From sequence record KJ190158: a DNA stretch of 64,000 bases; one strand, given 5' to 3'. Positions 55,597 through 64,000 of the stretch are shown in pieces. The translations under genes were made by a program, and so were the position numbers. Position 1 is the stretch's first letter. Every line of letters starts with the position of its first letter. Source of the DNA: Escherichia phage FFH2. The notes below the pieces were generated by a model. It was not told where the DNA came from. It worked only from the letters and a program-made list of their open reading frames with translations, and did no database searches.

Positions 55597-57675
55597 TTAA
55601 AAAGGTGTTTCATCATCCTCAAAACCAGGGACCGGATCAGAGGATGGATCATCGTATTGGAGGTCTTCCTGCGTGTCAATAGGCTTGACAGTGGGTGTTA
55701 CAACCTTATCAGCCACAACCTTGCCCATAGGTGTTTCTACAACTGCATGCTCTTGATCCTCAAACATAGCCTGAGGTCTCCAAACAACCTCCCCACCTTC
55801 TCCGTCTGTAAACATTTGCATTTCTTTGTCCCAGTACCAATTACTGGCATCATGGAACTTACCTGTGTGCGGGTCCATAACTAAAGTGTCAGCAATACCT
55901 AAAGTTTTTGCTGGACGGTTCTTAAGACCTACCAGACGGACACGTCCACGAGAACGATCCACCATTTCTTCGGCCTCGACACCTATGACTACCCAACTCA
56001 ACTGTTCAAGCCCAGCCGATCCTCGCAAATTCTCTTTTCGCACAGGATACCAGAAAGGTAACGGGTTACCATCTTTGTCCTTAGGAGGCACAATCTCTGT
56101 ACGTTTGAGGTGAGCGATCACCAAGATAAACACGTTAAACTGCTTACAAAACGCAGCCAGTTGGGTCATAGCCATGTCCAGTTCTTTTCGCTCATCCTTA
56201 ACATTAAGCCCTGAAATTACCATGGACAGGTGATCCAGCACAATATAACGACAATAGTACAGGCAAACCATTTGCTTAAGCTTGGTAATCAACTCGTCCA
56301 CCGGAATAGACCCGAAATGTTTGAACACTTTGATTTTTCCAGCTTTTGCCCATGATTGGTGAATCTCTGCGTGTTCTTGATCAGTTAAAAACTGGCTAGG
56401 ATCTTCAACAAACTCTTTAACATCAAACCCTAACTGGTTTGCATACAAGGAGTTAATTGCTTCCTCTGGATCCTCCTCAAGATGGATCATGCATAGACGA
56501 TCATCCTCTTCATAGTCATCGGCCTTCGGGCATGTCGGGTCCATTAAGTATCTTGCAATACAGTGTTCCAGTTTTTTAGCCACGGTTGTTTTACCGCCGC
56601 CTGATGGACCTGTAAGCATTACGAGTGTCCCTTTGTGCAAGCCTTTTAGCATTTTTTGCAGTTTTGGGAACTCTGCACTGATATCTACCCCGTTGGAAGT
56701 CTTTTTCCGCAAAGACTCGATAGAGAAGTCTTCTAAATCCGACACAGCATCAGGCACATATTTAACAGGGTGCCGGAACATGTTGACAATATCTTCCAGC
56801 TTTTTAGCCTTCAGCATGTCTCGGATATCTTTTACACCGTCAGGGTCATTTACTTCACCAGGGTATTCTACGTGGTAAACGTTATCAGCCATCAAAAATG
56901 CTGCGATATTGTGCGTGGCCTCAACACCTTTAATGACGTGTTTTTGCTTCTCTACCTCGTTAGCTGCATCGTTATCCATTGCCAGCACAACTGTTCCATA
57001 GCTACGGATAAACTTCTCATTGTTTGCAAAAGTATCTACTGCGTTTGCACATCCACAGTTAATTCCAACAAAAGGCAGGCAGGGTTTTCCTGCCAGATCA
57101 CCACCGTTGATAACTGCGTCGATCCCGTCCTGGACCTCTTTAGCCCACTGCTTCACCTTTGCCGGGGCTTTAGCGTTGGTGAGAATCCCTTTTACTTGTA
57201 TCTGATATGCAGCCTGCCATGCTGCAATAACATCACCTTCTCCCTCACAAACGTTAATCTGCTTACGGTTGTTGGAAGATGCACACAGCTTTTGACCAAA
57301 CATCTGGGAGTTGGCCTTTACGATGCCAACAACGGAGAAATGGCCCCTTTGCTCTTTAGGAATAGTCCAGTCACGCTTTTTGAAACCAGACAGATTTCCG
57401 TAGCGGTCGTAATATGGGAAATATGTTGCAGTGACTGTCACACCGTCTTCTTGGGACAATGCTGATCGCACACCAAAATATTGTGCAGCCATCAGACCGA
57501 TATTTTGTTGTGGGACAGGGACAATTTTAGTATTTTCTAAAACAGTCTCTACAGTTTCAACTTCTTTTTCATCACGATAGTCTCGTTTCACACTTCCCCC
57601 ACTTTTATACTTAGTTGCTTTCGGGTTTGGCTCACCGAAACGGTTGTATGCAGATGCCATAAATTTACTTCCCAT
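55597..57675 (-). CDS. primase-helicase (T7 gp4-like: TOPRIM primase + DnaB-family helicase)
   Basis: TOPRIM NVCEGEGDVIAA / AMDNDAAN; Walker A LTGPSGGGKTT; acidic C-terminus ending ...EDDETPF. Confidence 0.8.
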   Translation of the reverse strand: MGSKFMASAYNRFGEPNPKATKYKSGGSVKRDYRDEKEVETVETVLENTKIVPVPQQNIGLMAAQYFGVRSALSQEDGVTVTATYFPYYDRYGNLSGFKKRDWTIPKEQRGHFSVVGIVKANSQMFGQKLCASSNNRKQINVCEGEGDVIAAWQAAYQIQVKGILTNAKAPAKVKQWAKEVQDGIDAVINGGDLAGKPCLPFVGINCGCANAVDTFANNEKFIRSYGTVVLAMDNDAANEVEKQKHVIKGVEATHNIAAFLMADNVYHVEYPGEVNDPDGVKDIRDMLKAKKLEDIVNMFRHPVKYVPDAVSDLEDFSIESLRKKTSNGVDISAEFPKLQKMLKGLHKGTLVMLTGPSGGGKTTVAKKLEHCIARYLMDPTCPKADDYEEDDRLCMIHLEEDPEEAINSLYANQLGFDVKEFVEDPSQFLTDQEHAEIHQSWAKAGKIKVFKHFGSIPVDELITKLKQMVCLYYCRYIVLDHLSMVISGLNVKDERKELDMAMTQLAAFCKQFNVFILVIAHLKRTEIVPPKDKDGNPLPFWYPVRKENLRGSAGLEQLSWVVIGVEAEEMVDRSRGRVRLVGLKNRPAKTLGIADTLVMDPHTGKFHDASNWYWDKEMQMFTDGEGGEVVWRPQAMFEDQEHAVVETPMGKVVADKVVTPTVKPIDTQEDLQYDDPSSDPVPGFEDDETPF

Positions 57676-58459
57676 TAATTCTGCTCCTTACTACAGGCTC
57701 GTTTGCTAAGAATACGGCTTTTGCCCAGCCACGTGGTGTGAGGCTTCGGATCATCTTCGTTCTTGCACTCTTTCCACCCAGCTTGGCGTGTTGCATGGAA
57801 TACCCGCTAACCGCGTCAACTATTTGCGGGACAGGTTTTGTGGCCGGGATTATAAATCCATTACCTATCCAGCCGCAAGTTATTTTTGGATAGGCATCAC
57901 GTGGAGCTATAAATTCAGGAAACCAGGGGTTTACATCATCCTCCGGTAAATACCCGCCATAGTCAGAAGGGTGAAAACGGTAATCAGGTTTGCGCCACAG
58001 TGTGGACATAACACCCACAGGATTCTCTACATGCCACGGGCAATCGTAAATCTCTCCCAACTCTTCTGCAACCCGAGCATCCTTTACAGCATTAATCTGG
58101 ATCAGCGGGTCCTTAGCCAGCTTCTTCTTAAAGTGTGCAGCACCTGACACCGCTAAGTGGGTGCACGGAGGAAATGCAAGAACAAAGTCCGGAGCGGGGT
58201 ACATGCAGAAAGTTTCCTGAGGGAACCATGGATCAATCCAATAATCTACATAGTGAATATTTGGATGATCGGTGATCACCTCTGCATAACTGCCGTGGTC
58301 AGCACCTTCTGCATTAAAGCACAGGCACAGGTACCCAGCTTTTGCCCAGTCAATAACTGCACCACCAGACCCGTCAAATAGGCTCCACACAACACCTTTG
58401 TGGTAGTGTTCTTTGTAGATGAATTTCAATTTGCTGTCTCCTAATGCAAAAAGCCCCAC
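57665..58459 (-). CDS. C5-cytosine DNA methyltransferase-like protein
   Basis: LFDGSGG (motif I-like F.G.GG), FPPCTHLAVSG (motif IV PC) and HVENPVG (motif VI ENV) in canonical order. Confidence 0.5.
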   Translation of the reverse strand: MGLFALGDSKLKFIYKEHYHKGVVWSLFDGSGGAVIDWAKAGYLCLCFNAEGADHGSYAEVITDHPNIHYVDYWIDPWFPQETFCMYPAPDFVLAFPPCTHLAVSGAAHFKKKLAKDPLIQINAVKDARVAEELGEIYDCPWHVENPVGVMSTLWRKPDYRFHPSDYGGYLPEDDVNPWFPEFIAPRDAYPKITCGWIGNGFIIPATKPVPQIVDAVSGYSMQHAKLGGKSARTKMIRSLTPRGWAKAVFLANEPVVRSRINGK

Positions 58460-58480
58460 CCTTTCGGGCAGGGCCTAATG

Positions 58481-58963
58481 TTAAACCCGGATACCTATTG
58501 TATACTCGGTGGATACCAATGTCAAATCTAAATTTAAAATTTCTTGCATCTCATAGTATGCGTCCAGGGTGAGATACATTTCCCCATCCTTTTCTACATA
58601 TTTGTCCAAGTGCTTGAGGCATTTCGGATAACTATCAAGTGCAGCTTTCAGGCACTCAAACTCTGTGCTGTTGATGAACCCTTCCATCTTGGCTACCCGT
58701 TCTGGGGTAACGATAGCACTGTAGTGAGATTTAGCTTCCTGAATGCAATGCGTCCAAGCATCAACCTTCTCTTCGAAAAGCCCGAAGAACTTCTTTTTGG
58801 TGAGCTTCAGATTCTTCAAGTGCTTAAGCACTCGGTTGCCGATTACAGCCACATCACGAAACTTAAGGATCACCTTGTCGATATCCTCGCGGCCTATTTT
58901 CACAAAGCAGGCTTCGCACATTTCAGGGGCTGCGTAACCTACTTTCCACATAAAATCTGACAT
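58481..58963 (-). CDS. hypothetical protein (160 aa)
   Basis: ORF. Confidence 0.4.
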   Translation of the reverse strand: MSDFMWKVGYAAPEMCEACFVKIGREDIDKVILKFRDVAVIGNRVLKHLKNLKLTKKKFFGLFEEKVDAWTHCIQEAKSHYSAIVTPERVAKMEGFINSTEFECLKAALDSYPKCLKHLDKYVEKDGEMYLTLDAYYEMQEILNLDLTLVSTEYTIGIRV

Positions 58964-58975
58964 ACCGCCTTCTCC

Positions 58976-59371
58976 TTATTCCTTAAAAGCTATGATATCA
59001 TAGGAACTTGCAGATGATTCTGGTGAAGAATGACTCCAGTCCAGGTCATCAGAATAGTCAGCGTACTGTGCGCCACTACGCAGTTTGTATTTTACCCACT
59101 TACCTGGTGCAGGGTTTTCACCACCTTCCCATACTTCCCAGCCTTCTGGCAGGCCGTCCTGAGCGTAGTCATCCACCTCACTAATGATCTTAGGGTTTGG
59201 CACCAAGATCCCCGCAGGCTCTTCCTTCCGGATAAGTGTCCACACAGCGTAGGTGTCTGAGCAGGCGCATGATAGTAAAGTATATCCACTATTCAGAACT
59301 TCTGCAAGCTCTTTTTCAGCATCTTCCAATTTGGTTAAGTGGTATTGGATAATCTTCACACCTGTAATCAT
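58976..59371 (-). CDS. hypothetical protein (131 aa)
   Basis: ORF. Confidence 0.4.
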   Translation of the reverse strand: MITGVKIIQYHLTKLEDAEKELAEVLNSGYTLLSCACSDTYAVWTLIRKEEPAGILVPNPKIISEVDDYAQDGLPEGWEVWEGGENPAPGKWVKYKLRSGAQYADYSDDLDWSHSSPESSASSYDIIAFKE

Positions 59372-59676
59372 CAGAAACCTCCCACTTCTTCAGCAAATGC
59401 AGCTGCTGTCGTCGCTGCATCCAGATATGACTCTAGTTCACGGGCTGCACGTTTGTAAATTGAGTGGCGCATATCGTTTGGCAGTTGGTGGAAGTCCACC
59501 TCTTCACCGTTGTGGTAAACATGCACATCAGTGATTTGTCTAAATCCATAATAGTCAACATCAGAATCACGGCACTCTGGGTCTGGCAACTGGACAACTG
59601 CCTGAGCTTCCACAGTGAACATATCGTCAAGTTCGAAATCGATTTCAAAAGTGTATGGTTTATAACGTTTCATCAT
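59371..59676 (-). CDS. hypothetical protein (101 aa)
   Basis: ORF coupled. Confidence 0.4.
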   Translation of the reverse strand: MMKRYKPYTFEIDFELDDMFTVEAQAVVQLPDPECRDSDVDYYGFRQITDVHVYHNGEEVDFHQLPNDMRHSIYKRAARELESYLDAATTAAAFAEEVGGF

Positions 59677-59689
59677 TTGATTGTACTCT

Positions 59690-61015
59690 TTATTGATCAG
59701 ACTTATCTTTCGTAATTAAGGTCGGAGTAAGTTTGTAATAGCGGAAGCCACCACCACCTTGCCAGTTTACAGACTTAGAAATACCCCCTTGATCTTCACC
59801 ATCGATCACTTTTTCCAAGCGCGGAATAATATGGGTATGACAATGATCACCTAGCTCGATTGAGATCCAACGTCTTTTCATCTTGTGAGCTACAGCAGCA
59901 GTAGTTCCCGAACCACCGAATGAATCCAATACCAAATCGCCTTCTAGCGTACACATTTCGAAAATCCGCTTCAAAAGAGCTTCTGGTTTTTTCCCATTTT
60001 TGAAACTAACGCCGCCTTCATTTGCTATTCCATTCCAACTAATGTCTGTCCAAACATCAGTTATTAGTTCTGCAGGTTGCATCTCACCGTCAATTTCCAA
60101 AAGTCTATTGGAGTAAAAGACCATTTGCCTACCATTTGCGATATAAAATCCTTCAACATCCTCATTTGGATGTACATAAACCTTATTCCTATCTCTCTTT
60201 GACTTCTCGATAGTTTCTTTTCTCTTTATTTTAGCTCCACCACCAATTGCAACAGATTGAAATACACGTTCTGCATTATCAATTGCGAATTGTGCTAATT
60301 CATCATCGAATGTATCAGGCAGTTTTTTCTTGGCTTCTTTTGCATCTTTATAGCCATTGGCCTTTGCAAACGCATCGGCAATACCGCACCACGTCCAATT
60401 TTTATAATGGTCGTCCGGGTTTAATAAGTATTTGTTATACCCTGTATCATACCCTTTAGGTATATAGATTTTGTTAAGCGGTTTCTGGGTGCGATCTTTT
60501 GCATATACAAGCAAAAAGTTTGCTGTGGAGAAAACTGTAGCTCCTGTTGCCTTAAATCCTGAAGGGGAGTTTGTGGTCATCGATATGGTATTTAACTGAT
60601 TTGCACGACCAAAAATCTCGTCCATCAAAACTTTTAAATACGCCATTTCGCAATCATCTAAGTGAACGAATATTACCCCATCATCACTTAGAAGATTACG
60701 AATTATTTCTAACCTATCCCTCATTAAGCCCAGCCAAATGGAATGCTCCAGGCTATCATCGTAGTGCTCAAAAGCCCTTCCGGTATTGAATGGTGGGTCG
60801 ATGTAAACACACTTCACTTTGCCTGTATACTCTTGCTCTAGCGCCTTCAATGCTAATAAGTTATCTCCAAAAATCAGTTTATTATCAAAAATATCGTTTT
60901 CGGTCACTTTCTGGCTGCGGTAAGACTTGCTCGAATCTTCTAACAAAATGTGCGGCTCTAGCTTTTTGCGCTCGTTTTTACCTATCCAGGTAAGTTCTAA
61001 TTTAGTTTTGCTCAT
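59690..61015 (-). CDS. beta-class amino DNA methyltransferase (N6-adenine or N4-cytosine)
   Basis: DPPFNTG (motif IV) precedes FGGSGTT (motif I), the circular permutation typical of beta-class MTases. Confidence 0.7.
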   Translation of the reverse strand: MSKTKLELTWIGKNERKKLEPHILLEDSSKSYRSQKVTENDIFDNKLIFGDNLLALKALEQEYTGKVKCVYIDPPFNTGRAFEHYDDSLEHSIWLGLMRDRLEIIRNLLSDDGVIFVHLDDCEMAYLKVLMDEIFGRANQLNTISMTTNSPSGFKATGATVFSTANFLLVYAKDRTQKPLNKIYIPKGYDTGYNKYLLNPDDHYKNWTWCGIADAFAKANGYKDAKEAKKKLPDTFDDELAQFAIDNAERVFQSVAIGGGAKIKRKETIEKSKRDRNKVYVHPNEDVEGFYIANGRQMVFYSNRLLEIDGEMQPAELITDVWTDISWNGIANEGGVSFKNGKKPEALLKRIFEMCTLEGDLVLDSFGGSGTTAAVAHKMKRRWISIELGDHCHTHIIPRLEKVIDGEDQGGISKSVNWQGGGGFRYYKLTPTLITKDKSDQ

Positions 61016-61076
61016 CGTTTGGTGCTCTCCTTAGTTTTTGTGGGGAGGAGTGCCTCCCCTTTATACTCACATCTTA

Positions 61077-61418
61077 CTACTCAAGGTCTTCAGAGTCAAG
61101 CTCAAAAAGAATCAAACTGTGCATGCCTGCAGAGAGATCAACACACCCTGCAACAATAAGGGTCTGATAGTAAGGTTCAGCACCCTCAATGTCTTCGTTA
61201 AAATCTACAACAAGATAGTCACCTTTGTTAAAGGTGTATTTGTCCGATGTAAACGCAAAACCTGCCCAGTCCCCGACTGCAGGATCTTTATCAGTCACCT
61301 TTGTTAGCAGCAGGTCTTTTTCACGAGATCTTTTAGTAAAATCGTGAATCACAACATCCTTCTCTTCAGGAGTTGGATTGCCACACACGTAGTTAACTAT
61401 ATTTCTCCACAAACTCAT
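61077..61418 (-). CDS. hypothetical protein (113 aa)
   Basis: ORF coupled to the helicase gene. Confidence 0.4.
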   Translation of the reverse strand: MSLWRNIVNYVCGNPTPEEKDVVIHDFTKRSREKDLLLTKVTDKDPAVGDWAGFAFTSDKYTFNKGDYLVVDFNEDIEGAEPYYQTLIVAGCVDLSAGMHSLILFELDSEDLE

Positions 61419-62785
61419 ACGTCCCCCTCTTCTGCTCTGGTTTCAAAATCTTTCCTGACAATTTTGTCTAAGTCAGGGAATGTTGTATTGTAAAACTCTA
61501 CGACTCGCGGGTCAACAATAATGTCAACTTCTCTTAGTGGACGCAACAAGTTTATTCCTTGTATTGTCTTAACTCTACTCAAAGCGACATACGTCATCCC
61601 AGGAGAGAAAGCTCCGTTCTTTCCAAGGTCTAGGTTGTAACAATCTAGCGTAAGTCCTTGACTTTTATGAGATGTTACGGCGTACCCAGATTTCAGAGGA
61701 AGTTGCTTGTATGACCCAATCACTACCCTCTCTATAAACTTCTCCATCTTCCTTTCTGCAATGTTGTATCTTTGAGAGGGCTTATACTCGTTATTCTCCC
61801 ACAACCTCTGCTCTATGTCAACCTGTGTTCCATCTTCAAGCTCTACCACCACCGCCTTGTTCTTAAATTTAACAATTGTGGCACGTGTTCCGTTAACATA
61901 ATAAGGTACTTTGTGCGTCGGGTCAACATCGTTGGCGGTTATCATAACTTTCATGCCAATTTTCAACTTCATCTCCTGCTCAACTGGCAGGGTGGAGGGA
62001 AACTTACCCTTCATTTCACCAGTGTATACCTTCTCTGGGGCGTTGATGGCATCATAGAACCTTCTGTTTACTTCCTCTGCTTGTTTGTTGGTGGCGCAAA
62101 TTGTGAGAGCATCTGTTGGTACACCACCTTTGTAACAGCGAGCATTAAGTTCTGCTACAACCTCTTTTATGCGACGACCCTCACGAACACAGTTGAGCAT
62201 TGTGGCAAATCGAATAGACTCCTGTCGGAACTGATCTATTAGGGCTATGTTGTGGAGGTCAAGCTCTTTCCAAGATTCGGTGTAGCAACACAGGTCCGTA
62301 TGGTAGAAGTTGAAGTAGGCTTCCTTCTCCATAGAAGAGACAACAGGAGGTGCCTGGTAAAAATCGCCAAACAATATGACCTGTATGCCTCCGAAAGGTT
62401 TGTCATTTTTTCGAAGGAAGCGGAGTTTCCTATCCATCTCTATAAACTTATCAGCACGGATCATAGAGATTTCATCGATAATTAGGATGGTAAATGCCTT
62501 GCTTTTCAAAGGCTTTGCTGTTTTTGCCCTTATTGCGGTCCAGTCCGACTCCATGCTCACACCTGCTGCAAGATCGAATGTTCGGTGTGCTGTTGCTCCA
62601 TTAACGTTTAAAGCGGCTACCCCTGTCGGGGCAACCGTTATGCAAGAGTCTCCATACATTGACTGGATCATGTTGATGAGATACGTCTTCCCACAACCTG
62701 CAGGTCCTGAAACGAAGACATTCTCACCGCTCATGATTGCAATGAGGGCAGCATCTGTGCCTACGTCATACTGCCCTTTTTCCAT
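61415..62785 (-). CDS. SF1B helicase, Dda/RecD-like
   Basis: Walker A SGPAGCGKTY, Walker B ILIIDEISM, and a C-terminal TSHKSQG..ALSRV motif typical of Dda/Pif1/RecD helicases. Confidence 0.75.
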   Translation of the reverse strand: MEKGQYDVGTDAALIAIMSGENVFVSGPAGCGKTYLINMIQSMYGDSCITVAPTGVAALNVNGATAHRTFDLAAGVSMESDWTAIRAKTAKPLKSKAFTILIIDEISMIRADKFIEMDRKLRFLRKNDKPFGGIQVILFGDFYQAPPVVSSMEKEAYFNFYHTDLCCYTESWKELDLHNIALIDQFRQESIRFATMLNCVREGRRIKEVVAELNARCYKGGVPTDALTICATNKQAEEVNRRFYDAINAPEKVYTGEMKGKFPSTLPVEQEMKLKIGMKVMITANDVDPTHKVPYYVNGTRATIVKFKNKAVVVELEDGTQVDIEQRLWENNEYKPSQRYNIAERKMEKFIERVVIGSYKQLPLKSGYAVTSHKSQGLTLDCYNLDLGKNGAFSPGMTYVALSRVKTIQGINLLRPLREVDIIVDPRVVEFYNTTFPDLDKIVRKDFETRAEEGDV

Positions 62786-63990
62786 TACGCCTCCTCGTAG
62801 ATAATGTCGATGATGTTACCATCACGGTCAACTACGTATTCAATCGGATCGCCATCTTTGCGTGATTCCGGTGCTGCTACGATTTCGTAGCGGCATGCAC
62901 GGCACTTAGCACTGTTGTGTTGGTATGGCACACTAACCACATCCGCAGGGTCAACCATAACCATCATTACAGTGCCATAGCCCGCTGCATACTCTTTGCT
63001 GGCGCAGTGCAGGCCATAAGAACACGCAGCTTCCGGATCATCTTCTACAAAGTTACGAGGCATGGACACAAAAGCACCCTGGTATTGTGGAACTTTACCG
63101 CTGTGCCAATCCACCCACCTGCTCCCGTTAAACTGAACCCCCTTATAGCAAATGATTCGACCATCTTCTGCAACCTGGATGTCATTAGCCTGCATGAAAT
63201 CGTAGAGCATGTTCACAGATTTTGCAGACGGGTTGCGTAGCAGACGGACAAGGAATTTAACATATCGGTCGTCCAGTGTTCCATCTACATAATCTTCCTC
63301 AATTTTCTTTGCAATGGTGGATCGCATCTCTACACCGTAGTAGTAGAGCTTACCATCTTTCATGATCAGGTTGTCTGCAAGTGTGGTGAACTCATTCTTG
63401 CGTTCCAGCCAGACAAGGATTTCACCAATTGCCTCGTCATATTCCTGAACAGAGATATGATCGAAGACTTTCTGGTAAACTTCCTCACTTTCGCTGCGGC
63501 GAATTTCAAAAATGCCTTCGTTGCAGGTGATCTGGAGGAGTTCCCCGCAAATAACTACCAAAGGCTCGATGCTTCGAGTCTGTTGCTGAGACACACTGCT
63601 CACCACCTCCAGCACCGGATCTTTGACTTCTACTAAAGGTTCTTCTGACTTGATTGCCACTCCAGTGAACCCCACACCGTGAACAACACACAGTGGGTAT
63701 ACCACACCCCAACGTTTAACGGAACCTTCCCCTAAGTCTAAGATCATGGCGTACTTACCGTTATCTTCCAGCCCATATCGAAATAAACGGGCCTCTTCAC
63801 GGGTTTCAAAATCCTCACGGGTGTAGCAGACGCTGTCACGGTCAGGATCGAACAGCTCTGGGGCACCTACTGCCAGTGTCCAGGTTGTGTCACCTTTCTC
63901 AATGGCACATGTGAAACCCTTCTTCTCAAGTTCTGCACGGCGGTCGCGTGCTTCTTTACGAGTTTTGAAATGTTCGTAGATGAAAATCAT
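62785..63990 (-). CDS. hypothetical protein (401 aa) in replication module
   Basis: Long ORF coupled to the helicase; no motif recognised by eye. Confidence 0.4.
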   Translation of the reverse strand: MIFIYEHFKTRKEARDRRAELEKKGFTCAIEKGDTTWTLAVGAPELFDPDRDSVCYTREDFETREEARLFRYGLEDNGKYAMILDLGEGSVKRWGVVYPLCVVHGVGFTGVAIKSEEPLVEVKDPVLEVVSSVSQQQTRSIEPLVVICGELLQITCNEGIFEIRRSESEEVYQKVFDHISVQEYDEAIGEILVWLERKNEFTTLADNLIMKDGKLYYYGVEMRSTIAKKIEEDYVDGTLDDRYVKFLVRLLRNPSAKSVNMLYDFMQANDIQVAEDGRIICYKGVQFNGSRWVDWHSGKVPQYQGAFVSMPRNFVEDDPEAACSYGLHCASKEYAAGYGTVMMVMVDPADVVSVPYQHNSAKCRACRYEIVAAPESRKDGDPIEYVVDRDGNIIDIIYEEA

Positions 63991-64000
63991 CTTGGTCTCC

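Noticed and set aside
55657-57465. Plus-strand ORFs (55657, 55826, 56633, 56770 231 aa, 57020) opposite the primase-helicase
   Set aside because: All are embedded antisense in a gene with clear TOPRIM and Walker motifs. The 231-aa frame is Cys/Val-rich low-complexity typical of antisense translation.
62376-63240. Plus-strand ORFs 62376-62804 and 62917-63240
   Set aside because: Antisense to the Dda-like helicase and its upstream partner. The helicase motifs are unambiguous on the - strand.
1-64000. Prophage/integrative element features (integrase, attachment sites, repressor-Cro switch)
   Set aside because: No tyrosine or serine recombinase, CI-like repressor or att-like flanking repeats were seen. 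The gene content (own replisome, RNR, ThyX, homing endonucleases) indicates a virulent phage.

Overview
The window reads as part of a virulent tailed-phage genome with enterobacterial-style sigma70 promoters and a T7-like replisome. Layout: (i) 1-17.6 kb on the + strand is a recombination and nucleotide-metabolism module. It holds a RuvC-like resolvase (5' partial), an endonuclease VII-like protein, a DnaQ-like exonuclease, two N6-adenine DNA methyltransferases, dNMP kinase, a HAD 5'-nucleotidase, ThyX, nrdA, nrdB, glutaredoxin, nrdD split by a group I intron carrying an HNH homing endonuclease, nrdG, PhoH and a ClpP-like peptidase. (ii) 17.6-29.4 kb on the + strand holds about 45 small genes, including a tandem array of roughly 10 paralogous small acidic proteins and a ribosome hibernation factor (HPF/RaiA) homologue. 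(iii) 29.4-31.8 kb is a 2.4-kb ORF-free junction between convergent clusters, dense in repeats: cctgaagag boxes, a helically phased TGACA array, nested direct and inverted repeats, and GAGAAT..TATCATT palindromes. (iv) 31.8-42.3 kb on the - strand holds about 30 small early-type genes, almost every one behind its own near-consensus sigma70 promoter and a short GC-rich 5' stem-loop. This is a candidate host-takeover or anti-defence island and includes several very acidic proteins and many small hydrophobic peptides. (v) 42.3-43.2 kb is a regulatory segment with a tandemly duplicated promoter/leader module carrying Fur-box-like palindromes, plus iteron-like direct repeats. (vi) 43.2-64 kb on the - strand is the replication module: a macro-domain protein, an SSB with a host-like DDDIPF tail, a T7 gp5-like DNA polymerase flanked by two HNH homing endonucleases, a gp4-like primase-helicase, a C5-cytosine-MTase-like protein, a beta-class DNA methyltransferase, a Dda-like helicase and many small unknowns. 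No tRNA, rRNA, CRISPR array or integrase was recognised.
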